Below, in pieces: positions 62,450 to 64,000 of a stretch of DNA of 64,000 nucleotides. The stretch lies in the NCBI GenBank assembly GCA_965113315.1, contig OZ220379.1; one strand, 5' to 3'. Position 1 is the stretch's first letter. Each line of letters begins with the position of its first letter. The stretch comes from Podarcis vaucheri (Eukaryota). The notes below the pieces were generated by a model, which saw nothing but the letters and a program-made list of their open reading frames with translations, had not been told where the DNA came from and made no database searches. A program made the translations under genes and the position numbers.

Positions 62450-63962
62450 GTTGCTCAGACGCTGTTGGGATTTTTTTTTTTTTTTTGCACTTAAGCAGAA
62501 TGCAAGTTCTGTTAAATAATAAAAAAGAGAAAGTTAACACGGCATAATGAGAGAATGCTGAGTTCGCTTTGCTAGCACAAACAGCCGCACATAGTGACAA
62601 CAGAGAGAAGAAAACACAAGCAGGCACGGACTGGTGGCAGGGAAGGGGGATTTTGCTTCACATGTTCCTTACGTCAGAGCTCCTGTGCATGCGGCCTCCG
62701 GCACCTAGCAACTAGATAATTGCCAGCTCTTGCCTCACCACCAGCAGTTTGGCGCTGCTGGTTCTCTGACGCAATCAACAAATCATATAGGCTGCGGAGT
62801 GCCATTTTTAGTTATTGCCTCTGTTGCAGTTTCTGAGCCAACTGGCAATAGGAACTTAGCCTCCAGCCAGGGGTGGGGCAGAGCAGGGATGCCAAGGCAC
62901 TCCTACAAAATATTTCATCCCTAGAACCGTGGGGTTAAGTGTATACATCCTTGGCCGCAAATGAACGTTAGCTGACAGAAGCTCAGCGGAAAGAAACCCA
63001 CCCCAGTTGTAACAAGCAGGAGCAAGGTGTGGTAAGAATTCTTAGGTGTCAAATATAAATGAAATGTTCATAAATATACAAGGCAAACACATATATAAGT
63101 ATATAAGCCACGTGTCTGACATAGTACAGGAGAGCAATCCTGAAGTCATTCTGACTCTCCGAAACTGATCTCAAATATTTTTCTGTTAGGAGAAAGGCTC
63201 CCCATTGTCTTTTGCTTACAAATCCTGTCTTAAGGGTGTATTTGTGTATGAATAGGGTGAGCCTGTGACCTGGATTCAGGAACTAAAGTATTTGCCATCA
63301 CAAAACAATGGCCAGGCTGCCCAGGTAAAGCAATCAGTGACCAATATCAAGTATCCTCGCAAACAGGGCTTCTGCTGTAGACGGCCTCCTTCTGTGATGT
63401 ATGTATGATGTTTTAGGGGGGCTGGTCTTGGGCTACAGGGTGGGCAATTTCAAAAGTCTATATAAGGGCTTATGCACCATTGGTCTGGGTTCTCCTCTCC
63501 CTCCTGCATGTGGTGAGTAGGGACCCTGTTGCAACAGATAATAAAGATCAGGCTTACCAGCTGCTTTGCTTTGCAATATACTCTGTTTGGCCTCTGTTAT
63601 TTTCTCCTACCATTAGGGAACCCACTTAAGGACTCTATATGGGCTCTTGGATACCCCATAAGGGAAAAGGAGCAGTTTTTTTCTTATAACAAGGGGAAGA
63701 GATAAATACATTTTCTGAATGGAGGTAAACAAGACTGGTTAGCAGAAGGTGCTGTAAAACTGGGGGTGGGGGGTGGGACAGGACAGGACAGGACTGGAAT
63801 GAGAGACAGCAGGTTTTTACACGACAGCAGTGTTGCAATGGAGGTACAATCTCACAGCAGATTTAATGCATAGAAGGTGAGTCAGCACAAAGAAAGCTGA
63901 AACTTGATGGAATAAGCACACCATACCTGCATTTTTTCAATCATTTCAAACAAATCCACTGC
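33741..63962 (-). CDS. Rap1 GTPase-activating protein 1-like gene, spliced CDS span (5' end probably outside window)
   Basis: 19 exons from 63962 to 36620 join in one frame (1936 nt) with RAP1GAP-like exon sizes: GoLoco [66 protein letters not shown]. Terminal exons are less certain. Confidence 0.9.
35314..35399 (-). CDS. Rap1GAP-like candidate penultimate exon
   Basis: CCTTTCAG acceptor, GTATGT donor, open phase 1-0: (V)[28 protein letters not shown]; no homology recognised. Confidence 0.45.
36620..36722 (-). CDS. Rap1GAP-like exon
   Basis: [34 protein letters not shown], resembling the RAP1GAP WLEDSVST...SSP exon. Confidence 0.82.
36829..36958 (-). CDS. Rap1GAP-like exon
   Basis: [43 protein letters not shown]. 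Confidence 0.82.
37358..37474 (-). CDS. Rap1GAP-like exon
   Basis: [38 protein letters not shown], phase 2-2 fits both neighbours. Confidence 0.82.
39825..39928 (-). CDS. Rap1GAP-like exon
   Basis: [34 protein letters not shown]. Confidence 0.9.
41792..42111. mobile_element. Tigger-like MITE family B
   Basis: CAGTGGTGCCCCGCAAGACGAA / TTCGTCTTGCGAGGCACCACT ends, TA flanks, internal GCAAGACGA and AGCCGCTAA repeats. Confidence 0.85.
42966..43130 (-). CDS. Rap1GAP-like exon (contains Q-rich tract)
   Basis: [28 protein letters not shown]...KAIAA. Confidence 0.9.
43440..43576. mobile_element. Palindromic hAT MITE
   Basis: CAGGCATAGGCAAACT / AGTTTGCTTATGCCTG, 8-bp TSD CTCCAACA; same family as 8111-8229. 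Confidence 0.88.
43590..45150 (-). mobile_element. Degenerate L2-type LINE (RT region and upstream), interrupted by a SINE
   Basis: [20 protein letters not shown] motif on minus (ORF 43491-43763); outer boundaries approximate. Confidence 0.55.
44656..44966 (-). mobile_element. Sauria SINE (subfamily 1, tail truncated)
   Basis: Reverse complement of consensus. Confidence 0.9.
45593..45727 (-). CDS. Rap1GAP-like exon
   Basis: [45 protein letters not shown]. Confidence 0.93.
45887..46045 (+). mobile_element. tRNA-derived SINE with CR1-like tail
   Basis: GGTTCAAGGCCC B-box-like, GTTGGACTAGATGACC, ATTCTATGATTCTA tail; related copy on minus near 9578-9680. Confidence 0.65.
46446..46925 (+). mobile_element. 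Bov-B (RTE) LINE 3' fragment
   Basis: [30 protein letters not shown]...[10 protein letters not shown], (CAA) tail. Confidence 0.92.
47051..47137 (-). CDS. Rap1GAP-like exon
   Basis: [29 protein letters not shown]. Confidence 0.94.
47967..48038 (-). CDS. Rap1GAP-like exon
   Basis: [24 protein letters not shown]. Confidence 0.94.
50110..50445 (+). mobile_element. Sauria SINE (subfamily 1)
   Basis: Head, body and tail; TSD CTCTATCCACC. Confidence 0.9.
50651..50806 (-). CDS. Rap1GAP-like exon (catalytic Asn thumb)
   Basis: [40 protein letters not shown]...YK. Confidence 0.95.
50943..51428 (+). mobile_element. Solo LTR
   Basis: Inverted termini TGTGGCG / CGCCACA, 5-bp TSD CCAAG (50938-50942, 51429-51433), internal AATAAA 51278-51283. 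Confidence 0.85.
51588..51717 (-). CDS. Rap1GAP-like exon
   Basis: [43 protein letters not shown]. Confidence 0.95.
52037..52137 (-). CDS. Rap1GAP-like exon
   Basis: [33 protein letters not shown](G). Confidence 0.93.
52986..53069 (-). CDS. Rap1GAP-like exon
   Basis: [28 protein letters not shown]. Confidence 0.94.
53155..53208 (-). CDS. Rap1GAP-like exon
   Basis: [18 protein letters not shown]. Confidence 0.93.
53373..53412. repeat. (CA)n microsatellite
   Basis: Visible run; compound (CA)n(AAAC)n also at about 52260-52310. Confidence 0.9.
53672..53750 (-). CDS. Rap1GAP-like exon
   Basis: [26 protein letters not shown]. Confidence 0.92.
53820..54061. mobile_element. Tigger-like MITE family A
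   Basis: Same TIRs, TA TSD. Confidence 0.85.
54785..54888 (-). CDS. Rap1GAP-like exon
   Basis: [34 protein letters not shown](R). Confidence 0.92.
55354..55708 (-). mobile_element. Sauria SINE (subfamily 2-like)
   Basis: TSD TAATTATTGTATA at 55341-55353 and 55709-55721. Confidence 0.92.
55946..56108. mobile_element. Short Tigger-like MITE
   Basis: TA-CTGTTTTTCCGTCTATAAGAC / CTTATACACGGAAATAAACGG-TA, internal TATAAGACGCCCC repeats. Confidence 0.65.
57107..57298 (-). CDS. Rap1GAP-like exon
   Basis: [23 protein letters not shown]...YRKHFLGK. Confidence 0.93.
57917..58157 (+). mobile_element. tRNA-derived squamate SINE (Squam3-like)
   Basis: TGTAGTGGTTAAGAGC A box, GGGTTCG B box, CORE-like GGGTGACCTTGGGCCAGTCAC, (CTT)n tail. 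Confidence 0.8.
58418..58456 (-). CDS. Rap1GAP-like exon
   Basis: [13 protein letters not shown]. Confidence 0.9.
58573..58916. mobile_element. Tigger-like MITE family B
   Basis: Same TIRs as 41792-42111, TA TSD. Confidence 0.85.
59006..59266. mobile_element. Inverted pair of Penelope pseudo-LTR ends (palindrome)
   Basis: Arms 59006-59118 and 59124-59236 are reverse complements (1 mismatch) and match the 3' end of the element at 59618-60613; embedded in (TA)n. Confidence 0.88.
59145..59182 (+). ncRNA. Minimal hammerhead-ribozyme-like motif (PLE type)
   Basis: CUGAAGA-U-GACGAG(UGAGAC)CUCGUC-GAAACGUC; copies at 60522-60559 (+) and 59060-59097 (-). Confidence 0.6.
59312..59541. mobile_element. 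Tigger-like MITE family B (short variant)
   Basis: CAGTGGTACCTCGCAAGACGAA / TTCGTCTTGCGGGGCACCACTG within (TA)n. Confidence 0.85.
59618..60613 (+). mobile_element. 5'-truncated Penelope-like retroelement (GIY-YIG endonuclease domain + pLTR)
   Basis: Open frame to 60289 with [29 protein letters not shown]...[10 protein letters not shown]...NMNK; 17-bp inverted ends ATGCAGGTTTTGGTGTC / GACACCAAAACCTGCAT; RT absent. Confidence 0.9.
60522..60559 (+). ncRNA. Minimal hammerhead-ribozyme-like motif in Penelope pLTR
   Basis: Identical to 59145-59182. Confidence 0.6.
61056..61103 (-). CDS. Rap1GAP-like exon (GoLoco C-half)
   Basis: [16 protein letters not shown]. Confidence 0.9.
61975..62317 (+). 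mobile_element. Sauria SINE (subfamily 1)
   Basis: TSD TACCCAGACATGT at 61962-61974 and 62318-62330. Confidence 0.92.
62404..62448. repeat. (TATC)n microsatellite
   Basis: Visible run. Confidence 0.9.
63184..63691 (+). mobile_element. Probable solo ERV-type LTR
   Basis: TGTTAGGAGAAA / TTTCTTATAACA near-inverted ends, TATATAA near 63459, AATAAA near 63540; TSD not clean (alternative start 63237 gives AGGG TSD). Confidence 0.5.
63927..63962 (-). CDS. Rap1GAP-like exon (GoLoco N-half)
   Basis: [16 protein letters not shown]. Confidence 0.9.
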
Positions 63963-64000
63963 CTGTGAGAAATAACAGGAAATAAGAAATGAATTTCCAA

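Overview
Vertebrate genomic DNA from a squamate reptile, probably a lacertid lizard (inferred from abundant Sauria SINE and Bov-B/RTE repeats). Five spliced genes were reconstructed by hand from splice sites and translations: the last coding exon of TMEM175 (+), complete MYL5 (-, 7 exons, 172 aa, one GC-AG intron), complete ATP5ME (+, 4 exons, 71 aa, head-to-head with MYL5), complete GSTK1 (+, 8 exons, 238 aa, C-terminal SKL) and a Rap1GAP-family gene (-, at least 19 well-supported exons, GoLoco and GAP domains intact, 5' end probably beyond the window). Introns are packed with SINEs, LINE fragments, Tc1/pogo- and hAT-type MITEs, solo LTRs and a Penelope-like element. The most notable observations are: (1) a Penelope cluster with three hammerhead-ribozyme-like motifs and a 113-bp-arm palindrome; (2) a 1.4 kb non-autonomous hAT element that appears to carry a captured CpG-island promoter with ZNF143-type motifs; (3) a possible dual-start mitochondrial/peroxisomal targeting design in GSTK1; (4) a divergent Rap1GAP paralogue beside a synteny junction. 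All family assignments come from recognition, not database searches.
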